From Chiloscyllium plagiosum (taxonomy: Eukaryota), in assembly GCF_004010195.1 (NCBI RefSeq), contig NC_057719.1, positions 56,841,187-56,905,186 on the forward strand: 64,000 nucleotides of DNA, in the 5' to 3' direction. Positions 50,398 to 62,100 of this stretch are shown one piece after another. The stretch's first letter is position 1. The number at the start of each line of letters is the position of its first letter. The position numbers and the translations under genes were made by a program. A model generated the notes under the pieces. It was given only the letters and a program-made list of their open reading frames with translations. It ran no database searches and was not told the DNA's origin.

Positions 50398-51337
50398 CTG
50401 CCCTCCAGTGCATCTCCCCTGCTTCCTGCACCTCTGCCCTTGAACCCCCCCCCACCCCCCACCCCGTCCAAAAGATAAAACCCCTCTGGTCCTTACCTGC
50501 CACCACACCAATCTCCGGATACAACACATCATCCTCTGTCATTTCCACTACCAATAGTCAGACCCTACCAGGGATATATTTCCCTCCCTACACCTATCAA
50601 CATTTCACAGAGATCATTCCCTCTGCGACTCTCTTGTTAGGTCCATGCTCCCCCCACTCAAATCAACCCATCCCCCACTCCTGGCACCATCCATTGCAAC
50701 TGCAAGAGCTGTAAAATCTGTGCCCACACCTCCCCTTAAGTCCCCAAAGGATCCTTCCACTCCAGCAGAGATTTTCCTGCACATCCAAACACCTCACTTA
50801 CTGTGTCTGTTGCTCTTGATGTGGTCTCCTCTACACTAAGGATACAGGACGCCAACTTGCGGAATGTTTCAGAGAATATCTCCGGGACACACGCACCCAA
50901 CAACCCCACTGCCCTGTGGGTGACCATTTCAACTACCCCCGCTCGGCTCCGCCAAGGACATGCAAGTCCTGGGCTTCCTGCACTGCCAAATCTAAGCCAC
51001 TTGGGAGAAGAACACCTCATCTTCCGCTTTGGGACCGTCCAACCACACGGTAGCAATGTCGATTTCACCAGTTCCCTCATCCCCCCTCCACCCACCTTAT
51101 CCCAGACCCAACCCTCCAACTGGGCACTACCCTCTTGAACTGTCCTAGTTGTCCATCTTCCTTTACATCTATCTACTCTGACCTATCACCATCAACCCCC
51201 ACCCACAATCCTGATGAAGAGTGTATGCTCAAGACCTCGACTCTCCTACCCTTCAGAAGCTGCCTGACCTGCTGTGTTTGTCCAGTGTCACACTTTTGAC
51301 TCTGATCTCCAGCATGTGCAGTGCTCACTTTCTCCTA
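50398..51337 (+). mobile_element. Degraded Penelope-like element 3' part
   Basis: EEHLIFRFGTVQPHGSNVDF; same family as 20222-21040; ends ctcactttctcct about 200 bp from an exon. Confidence 0.8.
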
Positions 51338-51491
51338 GCTGGCATGTCTTACCATAAAAACAATTTAGATAAAAGGAAAACATTTCCAACGAAGTGTATC
51401 TATGTCATAGTACCATACTGAGGGATCAAGATTAAATGTTTGGAATAAGTCGCATAGTTAACTTTAAATGAATTAACTATGTAAGTAATAC

Positions 51492-51644
51492 CCAAGTCAT
51501 CTGGAGTCTGCAAGACTGAATGATGCAATTTTTCATCCAGAGGTAAATCTTTTTGTTCCATATGATCAGCATTCAAAGTAGACGGAGAAGGTGTCTGAGA
51601 TCTTGAACATGTGTTTGAATGTGAAGGAGAAGCACTTTCAGAAC
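51492..51644 (-). CDS. RALGAPA1: RALGAPA1 exon 2/13 ([51 protein letters not shown])
   Basis: cttcag acceptor and G|gtatta donor; 153 nt, phase 1-1; hand translation matches the recalled RALGAPA1 motif [12 protein letters not shown]...[15 protein letters not shown]. Confidence 0.93.
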
Positions 51645-51949
51645 CTGAAGAATATTAAACGATACAAACATAATAACTTGAGAGACCACAACATAAGAAA
51701 AAAACTGAAATTGAAAATAATGGATGACATATATCATTTAGCAATAATGAAGTACAAACCAAACTCCTGACTACTTAAAAAGAATGTTAAAACAATATAA
51801 GTAAAAACTATACTGGACTATGGTATTGGTATAAAACACTAGTGAAAACAATTGCATAATAGTATCTACTTCAAAGCTCTCATTTGGTTTCAATGTCAAG
51901 ATTGTTCACTAATAGAATCTTCAGGCATGGATCTTGCAATTCATTCTCT

Positions 51950-54635
51950 GCTACTTTCAAGCTTTTGGAGCGTAGCCCCTTAGTCAGGTGAAGTGAGAGG
52001 AAAGCACACAGAACACAGGATTTATGAGTGGAGACATCAAAGGATCATACAAGTGGTGTGAGCGGAATATTGGAAGTAAATTTCTGCATGTGACCAAGGG
52101 TGTTAGAAGGTGTGAGTAAAGTGTCAATAGCTGAACAACCACCAAAGGGTGACCTATAATCTGATTAAATGAAACAGAGAGATAATTACAAAAAATTCAA
52201 AATAGAGTGGTGCTGGTGACAAACCAAATGACTGGAACAACATGGAAGACAAGCAGAAACAGCTGGAAAAATCCAGCAGGTCATAGAGATGTACAGCATG
52301 GAAACAGACCCTTCGGTCCAACCTGTCCATGCCGAACAGATATCCCAACCCAATCTAGTCCCACCTGCCAGCACCCGGCCCATATCCCTCCAAACCCTTC
52401 TTATTCATACACCCATCCAAATGACTCTTAAATGTTGCAATTGCACCAGCCTCCACCACATCCTCTGGCAGCTCATTCCATACACATACTACCTGCTGCA
52501 TGAAAAAGTTGCCCCTTAGGTCTCTTTTATATCTTTCCCCTCTCACCTTAAATCTATGCCCTCTAGTTCTGGACTCCCCGACTCCAGGGAAAAGACTTTG
52601 CCTATTTATCCTAACCATGCTCCTCATGATTTTGTAAACCTCTATAAGGTCACCCTTCAGCCTCCGACGCTCCAGGGAAAACAGCCCCAGTCTGTTCAGC
52701 CTCTCCCTATAGCTTAAATCCTGCAACCCTAGCAACATCCTTGTAAATCTTTTCTGAACCCTTGTCTGGCAGCATGTGTGAACAACCACCAAAGGAAGAG
52801 TCACTGGACCTGAAATGTTAACTCTAATTTTTCTTCACAATGCTGCTAGACCCGCTGAGCTTCCCCAAGCAACCCTTACCCTTGCTCCTGATTTACAGCT
52901 CCTGCAGTTCTTTCAGTTTTTATTTGACTGGAATAACACGACAGGTATAAGAGGGGACAACCAAAGCAATAAGTAAACCAAAATTGTACAAACTGATTAA
53001 GGTAGAGAGATCATAACAATTTAACAAGGACAGTAAGGAAGATTTTACAGATATAGAAGTGTGGTGGGGTCACATGTAGTGCAACAGGAACCCAAGATCA
53101 TGGTTGAGGTTGTCTTCATGCGTACGGAACTTGGCTATCAGTTTCTACTCGCTGATTATGCATTGTTTTGTATCTTGAGGCCGCCTTGGAGGATGTTTAC
53201 CTGAAAATCAGGAGCTGAATGTCCCTGACCGCTAAAGTGCTCCCTGACTGGGAGGGAACATTCCTGTCTGGCAATTGTTGTGCGCAGTGTCCATTCATGC
53301 GTTGTCGTAGTGTCTGCAAGGTCTTGGCAATATACCATACCTTGGGGCATCCTTGCCTGCAACATATGCGATAGACAACATTGGCAGAGTCACTTGAGTA
53401 TCTACCGTGTACGTGGTGGGTGGTGTTCCTACATGTGATGGTAGTATCTATGTTGGTGATCTGACATGTCTTGCAGAAGTTGTCTTGGCACAGTTGGGTG
53501 GTGTTGTGGTTGATGTTGTCCTGAAGGCTCAGCAGTTAGCTATGAACAATGGTCTGTTGAAGGTTTGGCAATTGTTTGAAGGCATAGGGATGATCTTGAT
53601 GAGATGCTCGTTGTCGTCATCATCATCATCAACAACATGTTGAAGGCTGCGAAGAACGTGGCATAGTTTCTCTGCTCCGGGGCAGTACTGGACAACAAAG
53701 GGTACTCTATTAGTCATATCCTGTGTCTGTCCTCTGAGGAGGTCAGTGTAGTTTTTTTTTACTGTAGAACATCGGAAGTGGCGATTGTTGAGTTGAACAT
53801 CGTATGCCATTCTTATGAGGGCGTCCTTCAAAATCTATAGGTGTCCATCGTGTTCATTCTCATCTGAGCAGATCTGCTGTATGTGCAGGGCTTGTCCATA
53901 GGGGGTGGCTTCTTTAATATGATTAGGGTGGAAGCTGGAGAAGTGCAGCATCGTGAGATTATCTGTGGGCTTGCGGTTGAGTGAGATACTGAGGTGTCCA
54001 TCCATAAAGGAGATCCATGTGTCCAAGAATGAGACATTGAGTAGTCCATGGTAAGTCTGATGGGGGAATGAAACTTGATGATATCACTGTGCAGTCATTA
54101 TAGGGGTTGCCGGGGGGAGGGGGGCATCAGCAGGTCTGGTGGCACCTGTGAAGAAAAACCACAGTTAACATTTCGGGTCTGATGACCCTTCCTCCGGAAT
54201 TTCCTCACAGATGCTGCCGGACCTGCTGGGCCTTTCCAATGGCTTCTGTTTGTTTTTCATGTTATTCCATACATTTGGCTTGTCTCCAGCACCACCGTAT
54301 TTTTAATTTTTTGTAATTATCTCTGTTTCATTTTATCAGAATAAAGTTCATCCTTTCGGATGCTATTCAGCAATTGACACTTGACTCACACTGTCTAACA
54401 CCCTTGGACACCTGCAGAGACAATTTTTTGACACTCTGCTCACACCATTTGTATGATCCTTTGATCTCTCTGCCCAGATATTCTGTGCTCTGAGCGCTTC
54501 CCTCTCACTTCATCTGACGAAGGAGCAATGCTTTGAAAGCTTGTGATTTCAAATCAACCTGTAAGAATATAATCTGGTGTCTGAGATTTCTGACTTTGTC
54601 CACCCAAGTCCAACAATGGCACCTCCATATCATGG
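51950..54635 (-). mobile_element. Second Penelope-like family: RT C-terminus/GIY-YIG remnant with inverted terminal repeats and nested inserts
   Basis: RKPTDNLTMLHFSSFHP, PYGQALHIQQICS, RVPFVVQY and PVREHFSGQGHS; ~51955-52215 is an inverted copy of ~54290-54550. Confidence 0.75.
52281..52762 (-). mobile_element. CR1 LINE 3' fragment nested in the Penelope-like element
   Basis: ORF 52355..52804: RVQKRFTRML...GDLIEVYKIM...VWNELPE. Confidence 0.9.
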
Positions 54636-55735
54636 CTACTTTGAGAGCAATAAGGCAGAGGGATTGTCTTGATAGCATTACATTTCTATATTTATGCAGG
54701 AAGGTAGATCAGAACTGATAAAAGTCACAGACCAGAAATGTTAGCTCTGCTTCCGTTTCCAGACATATTATTAGACCTGCTGAGTGTTTCCAGTATGTTG
54801 TGCTTATAGTGAAATAACAGGGAATGCACATTCGCAGATAATCTCCCCAGAAGATGGAATGCTCAGCCAGAGCAGAGCTTGACTTAGCAACCCTTTGCCA
54901 AAATTTAATACACAGCAAACAAACAAATAATTCAATATTTTGTTTGATTTCTCTTCTACTCAATCATACCAGCAATTCATATCCCAAAACGATTAATAAT
55001 ATTGTATTTATTCAGTCTCCAAATTTTAGTTAATTTTTAAAAAGCTATTTCCAATGTTCATTCACTATAATTGCCTCTGTCATAAATTTTCTTGACAAAG
55101 CAAATTTTTTTTTTCTCCCATTTTAGAGACCTAACTCTTGCCCCCTGGGGGTGTCAGAGCAAGCAAACTTATTTCCCAAGAACTGATTAAGACCAAAACA
55201 ACTTGTTGGAATAATTTCATCCTAAAGGGTGAAATGATGTTGGAAGACAACTGGATTGATTATGTAGTTGACTGGAAGAACTGGACCTGCAGTGCTCTGT
55301 CATGGAATGCGTTGGCATTTTAGATTTCAATGCCCATTTTCCTTCAGAACAGTTCACTTACCAGCATGATAACATTCCTTTGCATTGCTACACTGGAATG
55401 ACAACTTCACCCACATTGCTGTTTCTTTAATATCATTTTGTCAAGGTTCTGGAACTTACTACTTGAAGGCACTGTAAGTGTGTCGACACTACAAACAGTA
55501 CAGCAGTTTAATAAGGTTACTCATCATCACGCATTCTAAAGCAGTTAGGGATGGACAAGTAACACTGGCCTTGCCATCGATACCCACATCCCAAGAACTG
55601 AACGAAAGTTTTTTTATTTACAAGTAAAAACTACATTAGTTTAAAAACACAAAAGTGTGTCTGGAAAAGGAACAAAACAGGACTGTGGTAAAAGTCAACA
55701 GCTGATTTTACCTTTTCTCAGCAAGCACAACACAC

Positions 55736-55909
55736 CTGTGATTGTAACTGTGTCAACAGAAGTGGTCTGCAGATTGAGGCTGCTAGTTTCAGAATCAACG
55801 TACATAGCAGTTAAATTCGCCAATTCTTGTTCCGCATCTGTTTGCCGTAGTGGTCCTAGATCTGCTTCAGTGTATACGGTAGAAATGGTTTCACTGCCAA
55901 ATCTAAAGC
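55736..55909 (-). CDS. RALGAPA1: RALGAPA1 internal coding exon, 1 of 13 in window (FRFGSETIST...[20 protein letters not shown])
   Basis: Acceptor ttctgtgtag and donor ACAG|gtgtgt; 174 nt, phase 1-1. Resembles the vertebrate RALGAPA1 segment [20 protein letters not shown] as recalled. Confidence 0.85.
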
Positions 55910-57831
55910 CTACACAGAACAAAAAACGATGACCATTATGAATCCCCTTTTGAGCAAAAAAACAACATGGCAAAATATGACTGCGAAGATTGTGCAAATC
56001 ATATAATTTTTAAAAATAGCAAAAACTTGGACTTTCTAGGAAAAGATGCAAAATAAAACAAATAAAAGAGAACTCAAAGTGTTTGCAAAACTCTGATTTT
56101 GCATTGTGAAACCAAAATCATGTGCAAAAATAATCAAAGGAGCTTCAAATAATCAAAGATTGAATGGTTTATAAAATTGTGAGGGGAATAGATAAGATGA
56201 ATAGCAAAGGGCATTTTCTCCAGAGTAGGAGAGTTCAAAACAGGATGGAGTAGTTTTAAGGTGAGAAGAGAAAGATTTAAAGGGACCTGAGGGGCAACTT
56301 TTTCACAGAGGGCAGCTCATACGTGGAATAAACTGCCAGAGTTAGTGGCAGATGCAGATACATGAATAGGGAAGATTGAGGGATATGGGCCTAATGGCAG
56401 GCAAATGGAACTAGTTTAGTTTGGGAAACCTGGTCAGCATGGACAAGTTTGACTGAAGGTCTGACTCTATAATGTGGTTCTGCCAGTATACAGATGACAA
56501 TTTGGCCAACCAAATAGCAGTCTCTTAAAAATGCACGAATTTCAGCTTTTTTTACCCAATTCTTCCCTATCTATTGTTTCCAAGTCACAGTTGATTGGAT
56601 AACGGTATCTTTGATTGAGTTGTGAGAAATGAAAATCACATGAAGGTAACTACATGAAGAGTTACCATTGTTCTAGCAAAACATACATACGCATTTCAGC
56701 CTATTATTGAGAACAAAAGCAGATGCATAACTTATAACAGGAAACTAAGTGAAGACTTGGAATAGCAGATTTGAAAATCTGTTTCTTTGAAATTTAATTT
56801 TTTTCTGAAAAATTAGCTTTTTAAAACAAATTTAAGTAATACAAATTGCTACACAGTTTATGGTATATGAATTATTTTAATGTATTGAACGAACCATTAG
56901 ACTTTTAGCATCTGACTAAATGCTGCAGTTGCATCTGGAGAAAATATTTGTCATAAAACGAACTCAGGCTCCATGTTAAGTAATCTTATAGTTATACTCC
57001 AGGACTTGAAACACGATGCCAGTTCTTTTTGACCTGAACTTACACAAACAGAAACAAACTAGAAAATACCAAATTTTACAGCCAGGACAAAGTCAGAGCC
57101 AGTTCAAAGCCAGATTTTAAAAAAGTGTATTAGGATCTTGAGGGAGAGATTATTTGAAGGATGGAGATCAGATGAATTATTTTCTTTCCTATTTAAGCTT
57201 TGTCTGAACACAGTAAGGATACCAAAGTAATATCAACTTAGGAGGGAAAATAGGCCCTTGCAGGGTATCCATAACATGATTCCAAACACAAATTGGATAG
57301 ACATAAACCGACTTGACTTAGCATGATATCTAAACAGCAGATTGGCTTATTCAGCAACATTGCAAGTATCAGTCATAATTTGACAGAACTGTTTTAGAAG
57401 TAAAGATACAATTACCTTTAAACTATCCTTGAATTGAAAACACACAGGCCTCTACTTAATTATGCAGTGTTGAGACATTAGTTCTGACTATATAATAATA
57501 AACTGACTATCAACACTACCAGTTGTGAATATCTAGTTTATACATTCCAGAAAAGAATTTTAGTTTTTTTGCACTTAAAATTCAAATTAAAACTGAAAAG
57601 CATGGTTAAGAAACAAATAAATAACCACCAATATAAAGGCAAATCAAACAAACCTAGGTTTAATTAAACTGCCTATTTTGCAAAGTCAGAGTTTGGAGCC
57701 CTCTTGTGGTACTGTTCTTACCCTTGAACTAAGCAACCTGGGTTCAAGTTCCACCTCTTCCAGAGGTGCGTAATAACATCTCTGGACAGGTTGATTATGA
57801 AAACAGGTTGATTTAAAAAAAAGGTCAGAGG

Positions 57832-57952
57832 TTATAGTTTAAAAAAAAACCTTGGACAATGACTGATCAATTTGCAAGCTTGTAAAGAAGTTTTATAGTT
57901 TAAAAAAAACCTTGGACAATGACTGATCAATTTGCAAGCTTGTAAAGAAGTT
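57832..57952. repeat. Two-copy ~60-bp tandem duplication
   Basis: ttatagttt(a)nccttggacaatgactgatcaatttgcaagcttgtaaagaagtt occurs twice, differing only in A-run length. Confidence 0.9.
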
Positions 57953-58399
57953 AAAAAGGCATGGCAAAAGGGTAAAAAAAATGCCATTAGAAATGGATTT
58001 TATTGATAAGGTTTAAAGAAACAAAGAGTTCTGCTGAAGGCAAAGCAATCTGCTCACATTTCTTGAGGTGGTGCGGCACTGGTAAAGTGGTATCGTCACT
58101 AGATTAGTAATGCAGAAACCCAGCTTAATGTTATGGGAACATTGGCTCGAATGTTGCCAAAGACAGATGGTGAACTGAAGACTGGAATCAAAGAAATAAT
58201 CAGCTTAATGACGACTATGCAATTATTGCCAACTGTTGTAAAACCCCGTCCAGTTTGTTAACATTCAAGGATGGAAATCTGCCACCCTTGCCTAGTCCTA
58301 CCTACATGTGACTCTAGGTTCACAGCAATATGGAGACTCTTAACAGCCCTTTGAAATGGTCTGGCAAGCCACTTAGTTCAAAGGTGAGCCTTACACAAA

Positions 58400-59157
58400 C
58401 ACAGAAGATGGGAGGAGAACACCATTTGACCCCTCAAGCCTGCTCGAACACTCAGGATGATCATGAGCTCAAAACTGTAAACCCACCCCATAACCCTTAA
58501 TCCTTTTAGTCACAACAGCTATATCTACCTTCAACTTGAAAACATTCAATTTTTTGGCCTGAACCGCATTCTGTGGTAGTGAATTCCACAGGCTCACCAC
58601 TCTCTGGGTGAAGAAATTTACCCTCATCTTAGTCCTTGGTTTACCCCTTATCCCTAATCTATACCCCTTGGTTCTGGATGCTCCCACCATCGGGAACATC
58701 TTCCTTCATTTACCAGGGTAGTCCTGTTAGAATTTTATAGGTTTCTAAACTCAAGTGAATACAATCCTAACCAACTAAATCTTGCCTACATGGCAGTTCT
58801 GCCATCCCAGGAGTCAATTTGGTAAACCTTCGCTGCACTCATTCCATAGCAAGAACATCCTTTCTCAGATATGGAGACCACACCTGTATCCAACCTTCCA
58901 GATGTGCAGATAATTGCAGAACACATCCTTGTTCCTGTACTCGAACTCTCTCAATATGAAGGCCAACATACAGTTATCCTTGTTTACTGCCTGCTACACC
59001 TGCGTGCTTACTTACAGCAACTAGTGCACAAGGACACTTTGGTCAGAGAGTCATAGAGATCTACAGCACAAAAACAGACTCTTCAGTTCATCTTGTTCAT
59101 GCCAACTAGATATTCTAACCTAATCTAGTCCCATTTGCCAGCATTTGGCCCATACCT
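58400..59157 (-). mobile_element. CR1 3' fragments (two copies)
   Basis: FFTQRVVSLWNSLP in ORF 58469..58699; a second tail at ~59045-59157 is cut by the LTR. Confidence 0.75.
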
Positions 59158-62100
59158 TCTTATAATGATGTGGGTGCATTGTACCTTTAAGCGAGAAAAG
59201 CTAGCAGAACTATCTGATAGCACCAAGTGTTCTGAATATAATACAATGTAACATGTGGTTCAGCAGCTAGTATAGCTGGTTGCCAGGAGACAAAAAACAA
59301 ATTTGAATTAGGCCAATTAATTTAAATTATACCTCAAAAAAAAACCCAAACTCCAATCAAGTTTGGATTTAGTATATTGACAATAATAAAAGCCAATGAG
59401 ACAATCCGATGCTTTGGAGGTATTAAAAGACCGGAAAAAATTGAACAGTTGGGGGAGATCTGCCAAAGGACCAATTGATCTCGGCTGTGAGTGAGAACTC
59501 TCTGTCTAGAGAAGGAATTTTCACACAGAGAAACATCAACACTGACCTGGAGAGCAAATCCACAGAGGAAGATATAAAAAGATGATTCAACCGCTGGCTG
59601 GTTTTGAAATTTGAATTTTTCACTAAACCTTAATTGGGGGTTTTATCAGACTAGTATCATAGAAGGGAAAGTAAAAGATAGATTGGAGGAAGGAATTGTA
59701 AATAGTTGTTAGTCAATTATTCTGTCATACTTTAAGAAATAAAGTTGTTAATTTTTACTTTAAATACTTCTTGGCCTCTCGAATTTTCACTTATTACTGC
59801 ATGGGATAAATCTATTCTGCGTTGCTGGCTTAAATTAAGCAGGAGGGTTTAACCCATGTTGTAACAGTATGGGGGCTCATCACTGTGCTGTGAAGTTTGT
59901 GAGGCTTTTGTCTGTTATTTGAACAATTTAGGTGTTGAATTTGTGATTTGAACTGGTTTAGACAGATTTGAATAAATTTGGGGGTACGCAAAATCCCAGC
60001 AGATTTAAACACAGGTTAGTGTCCTAGATCGTTAAGTAAAACGTAGGTGAGGCAATTTGTTTAATTTTGGTGATTTGTCGTTGATTAAATTAAAAGTGAG
60101 ACAAATGGCTCTTAAAATTGCTAAAGATGCTCTGGGGTTTGAAGATGATTCTCAAATTTGCTAAGGAAGTTTAGAAAGAAAGAAAAAGGCCATACTTAAG
60201 TTAGATTTGGGTTTAACCAAGGACAAAAGTAAAGCTGAAATTGTAAGGAAGGTACTCACACAATTTGGTGTATCGGAGAAACAGACAAGTGCAGCAGAGG
60301 TAAAAAAACTTAAATTACGATTGAAGAAAATGGAGTTAGAAGATAGAAAAGGAGGAGAGAGAGAGAGAAAGAGAAAGAGAGAGAAGAAAGAAAGAGACAG
60401 AGAAAAGAGAGTGGGAAAGGAAAAAGAGAGAGAAGGTTTTTAGATGAGCAAACAGAGAGAGAAGAAAGATAGAGAGAAAGAGAGAGGAGCGAGAAAGAAA
60501 GAGAGAATTTGAAAAGTTGCGACTTAGTCAGCAAAGTCAAGTTAACAGGATGGAGATTAAAAGAGAAGGTAGTGATATATATATAAAACATGTCAAAACT
60601 CTACCACATTTTGATGAGAAAGATGTTGAAGCCTTCATTATTTCATTTGAAAAATTGTCGAGGCAGATGGAGTGGTCTGAGAATTTATGGATAATGCTAC
60701 TTCAGACTAAGTTGGTAGGCAGAGCTAGTGAGATAATTGCTGCACTGTCAAAAGAGGTCAAACAGACAATTTTAAGTGTTTATGAATTGGTAGTAGAAGC
60801 ATATAGACAGCGGTTCAGAAACACAAAAGAGGAACCAGGTCAGACTTATGTGGAGTTGGAAAAAAATTAAACAGTCATTTTGATAGATGGGTGCATGCTT
60901 TGAAAATAGATAGGACCTTTGAGGCTCTACGAGAGATTATTCTGCTGGAGGAGTTTAAAAACTCACTTCCAGAGATGGTAGGAATTCACATAGAGTTCAG
61001 GAAGTGAGAAGGGCAGCAGAATTGGCAGATGAATACAGATTGGTGCATAAGCTTCCCGCCAGAATTTCAGTCCTGTAGGAGGTAGAAGTTGGGAGAAGGG
61101 GAGATCCTACACTACAAAATCAAAAGTAGAGAGCACTGGTAAGAACTTACTACAGGATAAACAGAAGCCCAAGAAAAGAGTGAAAGGCCACAGGGATTTC
61201 CACTATGGTAAAGTGGAACACGTAAAGTTACAGTGCCGGTCGTTAAAGAAAGGCACTGTAGGAAAAGATGTGGTAAAAGAAGCTCAGCCAGAGATATTAG
61301 TGAAGGTAGTAAAGGAGACCCCAAGAAGAGCCAAGGAGCTGCAGGAGAGTATACAGCCTAGGCAGGGTATGAAGTTAGTACCTGATCTCTACAAAGAATC
61401 CACCTCTGTGGATAAAGTTTACTCAGAAAGAACAGGGGGTAGAAGAACAAGAAATTATAATTTTGAGAGATACAGGATCTAACCAGCTGCTGATAGTAAG
61501 ACTTGAGCAAATATGAACTCTATCTGATCTATTACCTGAGAGTATTAGATTACTTACATTAGATTACTTACAGTGTGGAAACAGGCCCTTCGGCCCAACA
61601 AGTCCACACCGACACGCCGAAGCGCAACCCACCCATTCCCCTACATTTACCACTTTACTGTAAGATCAGGTTGGAGTGCCAACACAACACTGGGGAAGTT
61701 AAGTGGGAGTGATTGACATGGTGTCAGTTCCAGGAATTCAGTTTGTTCTTGGGAATGAATTAGCAGGATCCAAGGTGGGAATGACACTGCTTGTTGTGGA
61801 GAAGTTCAAGGAAGACCTAGAAACTAAGGAGCTAAAACGGAAATATCCTGGTATTTTCCCAGACTGTGTAGTAACCAGATCCCACTATCATTACTTTTCA
61901 CTTTGTCCTGTGAGTTAAGAGAAAGATGAAGGGGTTGAGGCTCAGTTAGCAGATACCTGTTGAACATAATGGTGCAGGAAAAACCTGATCAGGTAGAGGG
62001 TCAACAGAAGTGTTTACTCTTGAAAGATTAAGATACTTGCAACAGTAAGATGATAATAGATGATACAAGATATATATGGGGATGCATACTCTGAAAAGGA

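Noticed and set aside
12955..55909. RALGAPA2 as the gene identity
   Set aside because: Motifs such as [21 protein letters not shown] and [15 protein letters not shown] match alpha-1 as I recall it; reciprocal BLAST would confirm.
56000..59150. Next upstream RALGAPA1 exon
   Set aside because: No segment with matching translation and splice sites was seen, so it probably lies beyond the window.
60345..60510. GA-rich low-complexity tract as a separate element
   Set aside because: It is the E/R/K-rich coiled-coil part of the Gypsy gag.
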